A stretch of DNA of 64,000 bases from Chiloscyllium plagiosum (lineage: Eukaryota), in NCBI RefSeq assembly GCF_004010195.1, contig NC_057725.1:32949947-33013946 (forward strand), read 5' to 3'. Positions 25,909-37,627 of this stretch are shown here, piece after piece. The translations under genes were made by a program, and so were the position numbers. The notes under the pieces were generated by a model, which saw nothing but the letters and a program-made list of their open reading frames with translations, made no database searches and was not told where the DNA came from. How positions within the stretch are numbered: position 1 is the first letter of the stretch; the number at the start of each line of letters is the position of its first letter.

Positions 25909-27509
25909 CTGCATCATCATCAAAATTTAAAATAGACGGTGTGAACACAGCAATGTTTGCAAGTATTAACTGCATTGACAATGCTTTTGTGTGATCATGA
26001 ATTTCATACAAACCTTACGTGAGCTCAGTGCAGCTGTCTCTGTAGACAAATAATGCTACTTTTCAGATTAGTGCTTCATTTATGTTCTTTCAATTATTAC
26101 AGAGCTGTGGCTCACTGTATAGATTACACCCTAGACTTCCGTTCATGCCATCCATTTACTTGAGTCAACTATTGTATGATGAATTCTATAACTCCGTGAT
26201 TGAAATGGTCCTGACATGCACTTGTGAAACCATTGAATAAATCATTTAGTTAGTTGTAAGGATAGATCAGTGAAGTTCTCAGAAGAAAATGCAATCAGTT
26301 CTTGAATTTGAGATGGCAGGTTTTTTCCATACCCAAACAATGTTAACTATGACACTGCATTTTTTAAAATATGATGTTCTGGCACTTCCAAGATGGAATT
26401 TGCTCAAGACCTAGACTGGGAACTGAGCACACAAAAATCTGACTCATAGAAGTTTTGCTGACTAATGTAAACAGCATTTGCAACAATAATGCAGACGACC
26501 AAACGGGGAGATGTTTTCTGATGAGTGTTCCAGGCTGAAAATTCTGGAAAACACGGAGGTCCTCCACAAACGTAGGTCCGTAAACATGCTACAGCGGAAT
26601 ATAGGACTCAATGCTGCTGATGGCTAAAGCTCTCATTTCATAAGGAGACCAACCTACAATTTGACTCCATTGATCTTGGTGGGGAAGGTTATCCTGAATG
26701 CTGATGCTGTCATAGCCATGAAAATGGCTTTTACCATCAGGAACCTGCTCATGGGTTATGTGGAAATTGTATATTTTTCCCTTTTAGTCCATGCTTTTTG
26801 ATTGGCACTGATTTCTAAACTAAGGGCTTTCATCTTGTAAAGCTGACCACAGCTCTGAGAAATCTCTGTTCTTTGGGGAATCATATCAAATGATGAAAGG
26901 TCATTGAAATGTGTAGAAACAGTTGAACACTGCATGCTTGAATAGCTGCCAGTGTTTGAGGGCCATAGGTAGTATGTGCCGGTTTTGGCACAGTGTTCCG
27001 GTGTGACTAAGGAGTTAATCAGACAAATTTGGATTTGAGGACTGATTGTTGGGATTTGGATGATGGGGATGTGGTGAATGGTGTGGTTGGGATGAAGTGG
27101 TCTCTCTACATGAACACAATCACATCAACAACGTGAGGGAGATTATTAACGGTATTCCTGAACAGCACTCATGGTCTTGGAATGACATTACCACATTCAC
27201 CTGCTCTGCTCCCATTCTAAGCACCTGTGTGGATACCACATGCTCCTCTCAGAGGATAGCACATCCCTCCTTTTTAATTTCTCCACCTGCATCTCAAGCC
27301 CAGTGCCGAGTAAAAAACCTTAGTGCATGCTATCTCAGACATTTTAACCATTCATGTAACTGGCAGACCATATGTTTGTTTTCCAAGTGACTGCACTAAT
27401 TTGTGCAGTGACAATGTAAGGCCACTAAGAGAGCTGGAGATTCATTTCAAGTAACTTTTGACCCTTGTAATATAAGGACCTGCTGATGCATGCCAGCAAT
27501 GAACAACAT

Positions 27510-29143
27510 AGACAGGATAGATCGAATGAATCCTTAGAAGAGTATAAAGGCAGTAGGAGTATACGTAAGAGAGAAATCAGGAGGGCAAAAAGGGAACATG
27601 AGATAGCTTTGGCAAATAGAGTTAAGGAGAATCCAAAGGGTTTTTACAAATACATTAAGGACAAAAGGGTAACTAGGGTGAGAATAGGGTCTCTCAAAGA
27701 TCAGGAAGGCGGCCTTTGCGTGGAGCCGCAGAAAATGGGGCAGATACTAAACGAGTATTTTGTATCAGTATTTACTGTGGAAAAGGACATGGAAGATATA
27801 AAAGGTAGGGAAATAGATGGTGACATCTTGAAAAATGTCCATATTACAGAGGAGGAAGTGGTGGAAATCTTGAAACACATAAAAGTGGATAAATCCCCAT
27901 GACCTGATCAGGGGTACCATAGATCTCTGTGGGAAGCTAGGGAAGTGATTGCTGGGCCTTTTACTGAGATATTTGTATCATCGATAGTCACATGTGAAGT
28001 GCCGGAAAACTGGGAGTTGGCTAACGTGGTGCCACTGTTTAAGAAAAGTGGTAAGGACAAGCCAGGGAACTATAGACCAGTGAGCCTGACCTCGGTAGTG
28101 GGCAAGTTGTTGGAGGGAATCCTGAGGGACAGGATGTATACGTATTTGGAAAGGCAAGGACTGATTAGGGATAGTCAACATGGATTTATGCATGGGAAAT
28201 CGTGTCTCACAAACTTGGTTGGGTTTTTTGAAGAAGTAACAAAGAGGATTGATGAGGGCAGAACAGTGGATGTGATCTATATGGACTTGAGTAAGGCATT
28301 CTACAAGGTTCCCCATGGGAGACTGATTAGCAAGGTTAAATCTCATGGAATGCAGGGAGGACTCGCCATTTGGATACAGAACTGGCTCAAAGGTAGAAGA
28401 CAGAGGGTGGTGGTGGAGGGTTGTTTTCCAGACTGGAGGCCTGTGACCAGTGGAGTGCCACAAGGATCGGTGTTGGGTCATTATTGTTTGTCATTTATAT
28501 CAATGATTTGGATGTGAGCGTAAGTGATACAGTAAGTGAGTTTGCTGATGACACCAAAATTGGAGGTGTAGTGTACAGCGAAGAGGGTTACCTCAGATTA
28601 CAATGGGATCTTGATCAGATGAGTCATTGGGCTGAGAAGTGGCAGATGAAGTTTAATTTAGATAAATGTGAGGTGCTGCATTTTGGAAAAGCAAATCTTA
28701 GCAGGACTTATACACTTAATGGTAAGGTCCGAGGGAGGGTGGTTGAACAAAGAGACCTTGGAGTGCAGGTTCATAGCTGATTGAAAGTGGGGATAGGATA
28801 GTGAAGAAGGCATTTGGTATGCTTTCCTTTATTGGTCAGAGTATTGAGTATAGGAGTTGGGAAGTCATGTTGCAGCTGTACAGGACATTGGTTAGGCCAC
28901 TGTTGGAATATTGCGTGCAATTCTGGTCTCCTTCCTTTTGAAAAGATATTGTGAAACTTGAAAGGGTTCAGAAAAGATTTACAAGGATGTTGTTAGGTTT
29001 GGAGAATTTGAGCTATAGGGAGAGGCTGAACTGGCTGGGGCTGTTTTCCCTGGAGCGTCAGAGGCTGTGGGGTGACCTTATAGAGGTTTACAAAATTATG
29101 AGGGGCATGGATAGGGTAAATAGGCTAAGTCCTTTCCCTGGGT
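27510..29143 (+). mobile_element. CR1 LINE fragment, 5'- and 3'-truncated
   Basis: [28 protein letters not shown] in broken ORFs; no 3' tail. Confidence 0.96.
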
Positions 29144-29632
29144 GCTGCTGATGGATGAAGCTGTCATTTCATAAGAGACCAAGCTGTCTGCATTTTGGCC
29201 CCTGTGGTCTTGCTGCCGAGTGAAAACCTTTCTGCACGCTACCTCAGACTTTATCATCATTGGTGAATGTGTAAGAGCACATGTTTGTTTTACAAGTGAT
29301 TGCACTAATTTATGTAGTGTCAATGTAGGTCCACTAAAGGAACTGGCAATTGTCTTCAAGTAACTTGTGCCCCTTGCAATATAAGGACCTGTTGATGCCT
29401 AACACAAATGACCAACATGCATGCTGTTGAGAGCACACTGAAATCAAGCAATGTGACAGGTGGGAATAATATACAGTGCAGTTCATTTGCAAAGGCAATG
29501 TTTAAACATGTGCTGTCATCTCAATACGCATTAATCAGGTCTTGAACAAATTCCATTGTTATGTAATAGGAATGGTCCAGCATCCACTGATTAATTTTTA
29601 ATTGCTCACATTTTTAAATGATTGCAACTCAC

Positions 29633-29713
29633 GTTTCTCTTTCGAGTCATCCTGTGCATTTTGCTGTCCATTTCCAACAGTGCCTTCAGGTTGTTCATAT
29701 TCATTCTCTGACC
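29633..29713 (-). CDS. Repeat micro-exon, 81 nt: (G)SENEYEQPEGTVGNGQQNAQDDSKEK
   Basis: gttgcAG acceptor, GTGAGT donor, open frame; first intact repeat in transcript order. Confidence 0.75.
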
Positions 29714-30597
29714 CTGCAACATCAACATTAAAATAGAAAGCAGACAGTGTAAACCAAGTAGCGTGCTTGAGTTCAAACTGTATTGACAAAGCTTTTGTGT
29801 TATCATGAATTTCACACAAATCTTATTTGGATTCAGTGCAGCTGTCTCTGTGGACAAATGATGTTACTTTTCAGATTAGTGCTGCATTAATGTTCTCTCA
29901 GTTATTGCAGAGCTGTTGCTCATTATGAGTCTTACACCTCAGTATGCTGTTCATGCCATCCGTTTACCTGAGTCAACTATTATATGAAGAATTGTATAAC
30001 TTGGTGATTGAAATGGTCGTGGCATGCCCTTGTGAAAATTTTTGAACTGGTTAAATCATTGAATAAATCATTTAGTTTGGTGTAAGGATAGATCAGTGGT
30101 GTTCTCAGAATAAAATGGAACCAGTTCTTGATTTTGAGAAGGCAGATTTTGGCCTTGCCCAAATGATGTTAACTGTAAACTGCATCTATTTCAACATGAT
30201 GTTCTGGCATTTCCATGATAGAATTTGATGAAGATCTGGAATGTGGAATGAACCCACATAAACCTGACACAAAGGAATTGTGCTGAATAACGTACATAGG
30301 ATTTGCAACAAGAGTGCAAATGACCTGAAGGGGAGATGCTTTCTGAAGCATTTTTCAGGCTGAATATTCTGGAGAATATGGATGTCCTCCACCATTTACA
30401 ATGTGGTAAGTAAACCTGCTTTGGTGCAATGTAGGACCCAGTGTTGCTGATGGCTGGAGCTGTCATTTTCAGAAGGAGACCAACATGTCCTCCATTTGGC
30501 CCCAGTGATCTTGATTCTGCTGAGTGCTGATGTTGTTGCAGACACAAAGATGTCTTTTGCCATCAGGAACCTGGTCATGGGTTACGTAGAAATTGTA

Positions 30598-32025
30598 GTT
30601 TGGCTAACATGGTACCATTGTTTAAGAAAGGTAGTAATGACAAGCCAGGGAACTATAGATCAGTGAGCCTGACGTCAGTGGTGGGCAAGTTGTTGGAGGG
30701 AATCCTGAGTGACAGGATTTACATGTATTTCGAAAGGCAAGAACTGATTCGGGATAATCAACATGGCTTTGTGCATGGGAAGTCATGTCTCACAAACTTT
30801 TAAAAGTTTTTTTTTAAAAGTAACAAAGAAGATTGATGAGGGCAGAGTGGTAGATGTGATCTATATGGACTTTAGTAAAGCAATCTACAAGCTTCTCCAT
30901 GGGAGACTGGTTAGCAAGGTTAGCTCTCATGGAATACAGGAAGAACTCACATTTGAATACAGAAATAGCTCGAAGAACGAAGACAGAGGGTGGTGGTGGT
31001 GGAGGGTTATTTTTCAGACTGGAGGCCTGTGACCAGTGAAGTGCCACAAGGATCGGTGTTGGGTCCACTACTTTTCATCATTTATATAAATGATTGGGAT
31101 GTGAGCATAAGAGGTATATTTAGTAAGTTTGCAGATGACACCAATATCGGAGATGTCGTGGACAATGAAGAAGGTTACTTCGGATTGCAACAGGATCTTG
31201 AACAAAAGGCCAAGGGGCTGAGAAGTGACAGACAGAGTTTAATTTAGATAAATGTGAGGTGCTGCATTTTGGGAAAGCAGATCTTATCAGGACTTATACA
31301 CTTCATGGTAAGGTCCTAGGGAGTGCTGCTGAACAAAGAGACCTTGGAGTGCATTGCTCCTTGAAAGGAGAGTCACAGATAGAAAGGGTAGTGAAGAAGA
31401 CACTTGGTGTGCTTTCCTTTATTGGTCAGAGTATTAAGTAAGGGAGTTGGGAGGTCATGCTGCGGCTGTACAGGACATTAGTTCGACCAATTTTGGAATA
31501 TTACATGCAATTCTATCAGAAGGATGTTGTGAAATTTGAAAGGGTTCAGAAAAGTTTGACATGGATGTTGCCAGGGTTTGAGGATTTGAGCTACAGGGAG
31601 AGGCTGAAGAGGCTGGGGTTGTTTTCCCTGGAACGTCGAAGGCTGAGGGGTGACCTTATGGAGGTTTATGAAATCATGAGGGGCAGGGATAGCTTAAAGA
31701 GGCAAAGTCTTTTCCCAGGGGTGGGGGAGAACTAGAGGGCATAGGTTTAGGGTGAGAGGGGAAAGACATAAAAGGGATCTAAAGAGCACTTTTTCAAGCA
31801 GAGGGTGGTACGTGTGTGGAATTAGCTGCCAGAGGAAGTGGTGGAACTTGTACAATCACAATATTTAAAAGGCATCTGGATGGATACATGAATAGGAAGG
31901 GTTTAGAGGGATATGGGCCAAGGGCTGGCCAATGGGACTAGATTAGTTTGGGATATCTGGTCAGCATGGATGAGTTGACCAAAGTGTCTGTTTCCATGCT
32001 GTACATCTCTCTGACTCTATGACTT
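30598..32025 (+). mobile_element. 5'-truncated CR1 LINE with intact 3' end
   Basis: RT motifs ([13 protein letters not shown]), ctctatga-type tail; unit sequence resumes in register. Confidence 0.96.
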
Positions 32026-32685
32026 TACATATTTCCCTTTGAGTTCATGTGTATTGAATGGCACTGATTTCTAGACCAAGGGCTTTCACCTTGTATAGCT
32101 GACCACAGCTCTGGGAAATCTCTCTACTTTGGGCAATCATATCAAATGATAAAAAGTCATTGAAACATGTAGAAACACTTGAATGCTGCATGCTTGAACA
32201 GCTGCCAATGTTTGAGGGCTTGAAGATGTCTGTGCAAGTTTTGGCACAGTGTTCAGTGAGTGATTAAGGAGTTAATCAGACAGGTTTGGATTTGAGGACT
32301 GATAGTTGGGTATTGGAAGATGGGGATGTTGTGAATGGTGTGATTGGGATGAAATGCTGTTGTACACAAACTCAGTCACATCAGCAACATGAGTGAGATT
32401 GTTAAAGGTTTTCCTGAACAGCATTCATGGTCTTGGAATGACATTGCAATATTCACTTGCTCTGCTTCCATCAGCTTCAAAACATCTGTGTGCATACCAC
32501 GTGCTCCACTCAGAGGGCAGCACATCCCTCCATCTGGATATCAAACACAATACCTTGTGAAAAACTTAATGCATGCTACCTCAGACCTTTTAACCATTGA
32601 TGAAAGTGTCAAACCACATATTTGTTTTACAAGTGACTGCACTAATTTGTGTAGTGACAATGTAAGGCCACTAAAGGTGCTGGTA

Positions 32686-33031
32686 GCAGGCAACATCCTA
32701 GTAAATCTCCTCTGAAACCTTTCCAAAGCTTCCACATCCTTCCTATAATGCAGTGACCAGAACTGTACCCGAATTGCCCAGAGGCAGCTAAGAGTCAACC
32801 ACATTGCTGTGTGTCTGGAGTCACATGCAGGCCAGGTAAGGATGACAGTTTCCTTCCCTGAAGGACATTAGTGAACCAGATGAACCAGTCATCATTGGAC
32901 AATAAATTCCAGATTTTTATTGAATTCAAATACCACCATCAGCCATGGTGGGATTTGAACCCAGTCCCAGAATATTACCTAGGTCGCTGGATTAACATTC
33001 CAGCAATAATGTACTCGGTCAGCGCCTCCCC
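32686..33031 (-). mobile_element. Short CR1 fragment plus a tRNA-headed SINE of a second family
   Basis: VQFWSLHYRKDVEALERFQRRFTRMLP fragment; minus-strand GGGTTCAAATCCC B-box-like head. Confidence 0.65.
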
Positions 33032-33158
33032 TGTAATGTAAGGTCCTGCTGATACATGCAGCCAATGAACAACATGCATGCCGTTGATAGCACACTGAAA
33101 TCAAGTAATGTTGCCGCTAGCAAAAATGTACAATACACCTCTTTTGCAAAGTCAAGGT

Positions 33159-33229
33159 TTAAACACATACTGTCATTTGGTTTGTATTTGCAGCGTTATT
33201 TTCCTGAAGCTTAATGACATTCAGGGATT
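33159..33229 (-). pseudogene. Diverged repeat exon, donor deleted, reads to stop: (E)SLNVIKLQENNAANTNQMTVCV*
   Basis: Acceptor tttttgtgatgatgtAG retained; 3' end of exon and donor deleted; TAA at 33159-33161. Confidence 0.5.
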
Positions 33230-35063
33230 CTACATCATCACAAAAATACAAAATAGACAGTATAACCCCATTAATATAAGGGAGTAGAAACTACAGTGAT
33301 AATGATTGATCACACAAATCTTATTTGTGCTCAGTCCAACTGTCTCTATGGAAAAATAATGATTTTGCTCCAGGCATGCATTTGTGGGGTATGTTAAAGT
33401 CCTCAAAGCATTGTACAAATTGTGCAGTTTGTTAGAGGGACAGGTGAATAGCTTTCTTAGATTGAAATGCAATCAGTTCTTGAATTTGACGATTTTAGAA
33501 TGTTAGCTTCCCCGGCTGTTGTGGCATCTATGAAATTGGGTGTAATGATAGATCAGTTCAGTTCTCAGGCAAAAATGCAATGAGTTCTTGAATTTGAGAA
33601 GCTGGGAATTTTACCTTGCCAGAATGATGTCAACTGTGAAACTGTATCTTTTTACCAATGACGTTCTAATATTTCTAAGATGAAATTTTCTCAAGAAGTG
33701 GCATGGGAGACCAACACACAATAATCTGACACAGAGAATCTGCTGATTGATGTATATATGGTTTGCTCCATAGTGCAAAGGAGCAAAAGGAGAGATCCTT
33801 TCTGATGTGTCTTTAGGGGTGAATATTTGGGAAAACAGGGAGGACCTCCATCAGTTACAACATGGAAGTAAACCTGCTTTTGTGAAATATAGGACCCAGC
33901 GTTGCTGATGGCTGAAGCAGTCATTTCACATGGAGACCAAGCAGTCCTCCATTTAACCTCAGTGACCTTGGTGGGCTGAGGTTCCCCTGAGTGCTGATGC
34001 TGTCACTACCATGAGGATGGCTTTTGCCATCAGGAAACTGACCACAATTTAGGTAGAAATTGTACATATTTTCAACTGAGATCAGGCATGCTTTTTAGAC
34101 CAAGGACTTTCATCTTTCAAAGCTGACCACAGCTCTCGTAAATCTCTGTACTTTTGGGAATCATATCAAATGGTGAAAGATTTTTGAAAAGTGCACAAAC
34201 AGTTAAACTCTGCATGGTCAGAATGCTGCCAGTGTTTGAGGTCTGTGGGTTGTGGCTGCAAGTTTTGATACACAGTTCACTGTGTGATGAATGGGTTCAG
34301 CAGATAAGTTGAAATTTCAACACTGATTGTTGGTAGCTAGTTGGTAGCAATACAGAGAATGTGGTTAATGGTGTACTTGGCAGGAAATCTCCTTTGGAGG
34401 TGAATACAGTCACATTGATAAAGTGAGTGGGATTGTTGAAGTTCTTCCTGAACAGTAGTCATGGTCTTGGAACAACATTATGACATTCACCTGCTCTGTT
34501 TCCATCAGCTTTTAAATGCATGTGAGAATACTACATACACCCCACAGAACACAGCACACCTGGCCTTTTTAACTTCACCACCTCAATCTCTACTTCAGTG
34601 CTTCATAAAAACCTTAGCAGATTTACCTCACACATTTTAATTGTTGTTAGAAGTGTCTGAGAATAAGTTTAGTTTGCACTTGATTGCACTAGTTTTTGCA
34701 GGAACAATGTAAGGCCACTATAGGAGCTGCTTTAAGTAACTGTAGCCTCTCACAATATAAGGACCTGCCAATGCAGGTCCTGAACAACATGGATATCACT
34801 GGCAGTGCACTGAAATCAAATATTACAGCTGGTAGCAAACATGTACAGTGCACCAGTGATGCACAGACAAGGATGAAACATACTGTCAGGTCAATACCAA
34901 TTTACCAGACCTTGAACCTAATTCCATTATCAGAAGTTTGCATTAGATCAGGTATTATACTCAGAGAATTACTTCTTAATTGGTCACACTTTAAATCACA
35001 GCAATTAATGTTTCTCTATCAAGTTATTCTCTGTATCGTTTTTGTGTCCCAAGCAATTCTTTG

Positions 35064-35089
35064 TTAACTTTCAGTGACTTCCTGTGACT
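35064..35089 (-). pseudogene. Most diverged repeat exon with early stop: (E)SQEVTES*
   Basis: Acceptor tttttgatgatgtAG retained; TAA at 35064-35066; donor position no longer GT. Confidence 0.5.
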
Positions 35090-35531
35090 CTACATCATCA
35101 AAAAGATACAAGCTAGATAATGTAAAGCCAATAACATAAAGGAGTAGTGTTTGCAGTGACAATGCAGTGATCACGTAATAATGAATTACAAACATATTTG
35201 TGTGAGCTCAGTGCAAATCATACTACTTTTCAGATTTGTGCTGCATTAATGTTCTCTCTAACATTGCAGAGCTGCTACTCACTGTGTATGTAGCATCCCA
35301 TTAGTCATTTGATGCCATACATTAACCTCAGTCAACATGATTTAACTATTCTTTAAACTATTTGATAACTTTGTGATTCAAATAGCCCTGCAATGCATTT
35401 GCAAAATATCTTAATATGGTCAAACCATTGAATCAATTACATATTTCCTGCAAGGACAGATTAGTGGAATTTTTAGATGGAAATGCCATCAGTTCTCGAA
35501 TTTGAGATTCCAGGAATGATACCTTGCCCAC

Positions 35532-35709
35532 ATAGAGTCATTGAGTTATAAAGTCATAGAGATGTACAGCACGGAAACAGACCTTTCAGATCCAATGTTC
35601 CATGCCAATCAGATATCCTAAATAAATTTAGTCCCATTTGCCAGCATTTGACTAATTCATTCACCCATCCAGATGCCTTTTAAATGTTGTAATTGTACCA
35701 GCCTCCACC
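35532..35709 (-). mobile_element. CR1 3' end remnant marking the right boundary of the array
   Basis: atagagtc-type tail and reverse complement of CR1 3' UTR / FKRHLD region. Confidence 0.75.
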
Positions 35710-36150
35710 CGATGAGGAAGAACGCCTCATCTTCTCCCTCGGAACCTTTCAACCCCTGGACATCAATGTGGACTTCATCAGTTTCCTCACTTCCCCTCCC
35801 CCCCATCTTACCCCAGTTCCAAACTTTCAGCTCAGCTCCATCCTCATGACCTGTCCCACCTGTCAACCTTCCTTCCCACCTCCTCTCCATTCCACTCCAC
35901 TCTCCTCTCCAACCTATCACCTTTACCCCTTCCTCCATCCACCTATTGCAATCCCAGCTAACTTCTCCCCAGCGCCATCCCCTCCTATTTATCTCTCCAC
36001 CCGCAAGGCTTCTAGCCACATTCCTGATGAAGGGATTTTGCCCAGAACATTGATTTTTCTGCTGCTCAGATGCTGCCTGACCTGCTGTGCACTTCCAGAC
36101 CACTCTAATCTTGACTCTAATTTTCAGCATCTGCAGTCCTCACTTTCACC
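35710..36150 (+). mobile_element. Penelope-like element 3' remnant
   Basis: EERLIFSLGTFQPLDINVDF resembles the end of the GIY-YIG domain; pyrimidine-rich UTR; degenerate hammerhead cctgatgaagggattttgccc; same gatgctgcctgacctgctgtgc end as at 3637-3660. Confidence 0.75.
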
Positions 36151-37531
36151 TTTCTGCCTCCTCCTCCCTTCCAGGCAGTGAGGTCCATATTCCCACCACC
36201 TCTAGTGAAAAAAACAAATGTCTTCACATCCCCTCTAAACATGCTGCTGCTGAGCTTAAATTTGACCCCTGTTTGTTGATCCTTCCATCAAGGAAAAATT
36301 TGTTAACGGTCCTAGGATAGCAAACATGTCGGATCCAATGGTTGAGGGAGAGGTTGCTTTGTTGATTTGTTGTGGAAAAGTACTGAGTCCTGGGAGGTGG
36401 AGTGTGCTGTTTGGAGCAGTCAGGGTTGGAATCCAGATCATGATCAAGTGTTTCTTGGCTCAGTGGAGGGGTGGGGTTGTTTGTGGTGTGGCTCCAGAAA
36501 AGGGATGAGGCCACTTGTCAGTCGGAAGTTCAGTTTTACACATAACCCAGGACTTAGAGTAGGTTTTAATCCTCAAAGTTTTCTTGTGTAGCTGCTCAGC
36601 TCAGTTGAATTAGATCCCTCCAACACCAACAACTTTAAATATATTGTCCCAAGTGATCCAGATGCAGGGAATTGTCAACTGGTATTTTCAATTTCATGAG
36701 AAATTTCCTCAGTCTGTTAAGTCAGGATTTCTATACCATTCCCACTTGAAACTCCAATCTGCACTTTTAAAGGACATCCATCCATCAAGATTTCTGGCCA
36801 GTCTCCCTTAGCGACACTGCTAATACTTCCATGAATGGTTGAAGTCACAATGTGCAGATTCAATTCCTAAATGGATGAATAATGATATCCCCCACGTTAA
36901 ATAATACAGAATGCATTTCATCACGTTTTTTGCCTCCATTATCTATTGATCATGATTTTCCTTTCTCAGGAGGGTTTCTCATGTGCAGTTACTGATGGTA
37001 TTAAATGTATGACTTGTCAGATCTCTTTCTTTTCATGACAGTAGTTTCCTAACTAGAAATGTCCACAGTAGAAGTCATTTAAGTGCATTTGTGTATTTTA
37101 TGAAATGCCCCAGAAGTACTAGGTCCATTTGTTAAAGCTGTAATCAAGAAACTGAGCAAATATCTTAACTAAAACATGGAATAGTTTTGATGGAATGGTG
37201 TATTGTGACTGTTGCCATCACATTTGGGCAAGATGAGTATTCATTTTCTCGAAGACAGAAATTTATTGTAAGAAATTCCACACATCTTTCCATCAAAGTA
37301 ATTGAACAATGTAATTGCTCAAAGTTTGAACAATAATTGAACACCAAGAAGACAGTTTAATAATAAATTCTATGGTTCATTGAACAACCAAAAATTGAAG
37401 ATCACAGCTGGGAGGTAGTTAGGTGTTCAGTGATAAGACAAGGGGATAATTAAATAGTTACCCACACGTTAGGGTAGGTTGTTAATTGTCTAACTTTCCA
37501 TGAGTAATGTATAACATAAGCAAGTCCAAAC

Positions 37532-37627
37532 CTTCATTTTTTTCCTCAAGCAGGTTTTGAAGCTCATCAGAAGGTTCACCTTGATTGTTAATACCGGCTT
37601 CAGCATTTGAGAGGGCGTACTTTCCTT
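37532..37627 (-). CDS. NCR3LG1: First cytoplasmic exon, 96 nt, phase 1/1: (E)GKYALSNAEAGINNQGEPSDELQNLLEEKNE
   Basis: T-rich acceptor ending tatgtAG, AAG/GTTTGG donor, open frame continuing the TM exon. Confidence 0.7.

Larger units (their letters stand above)
1..35530. repeat. Tandem array of ~1.9-kb exon+intron units (15 exon-bearing units visible, continues past left edge)
   Basis: Same landmarks recur in order (caactcacctt, gcaatcagttcttgaatttgag, gctgtcatttcacaaggagacc, gattgcactaatttgtg). Uninterrupted spacings are 1919 (1137-3056), 1896, 1928 and 1910 bp (20094-21990-23918-25828). Confidence 0.97.

Noticed and set aside
1-35530. CRISPR-like, rDNA/snRNA or V(D)J segment array
   Set aside because: Eukaryotic context, 1.9-kb units with no unique spacers, no RNA-gene similarity, and no consistent heptamer-spacer-nonamer signals next to the exons.
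36018-36056. Second functional hammerhead
   Set aside because: GAAAC core is altered (cccagaacattg) and stem II is mismatched; treated as decayed.
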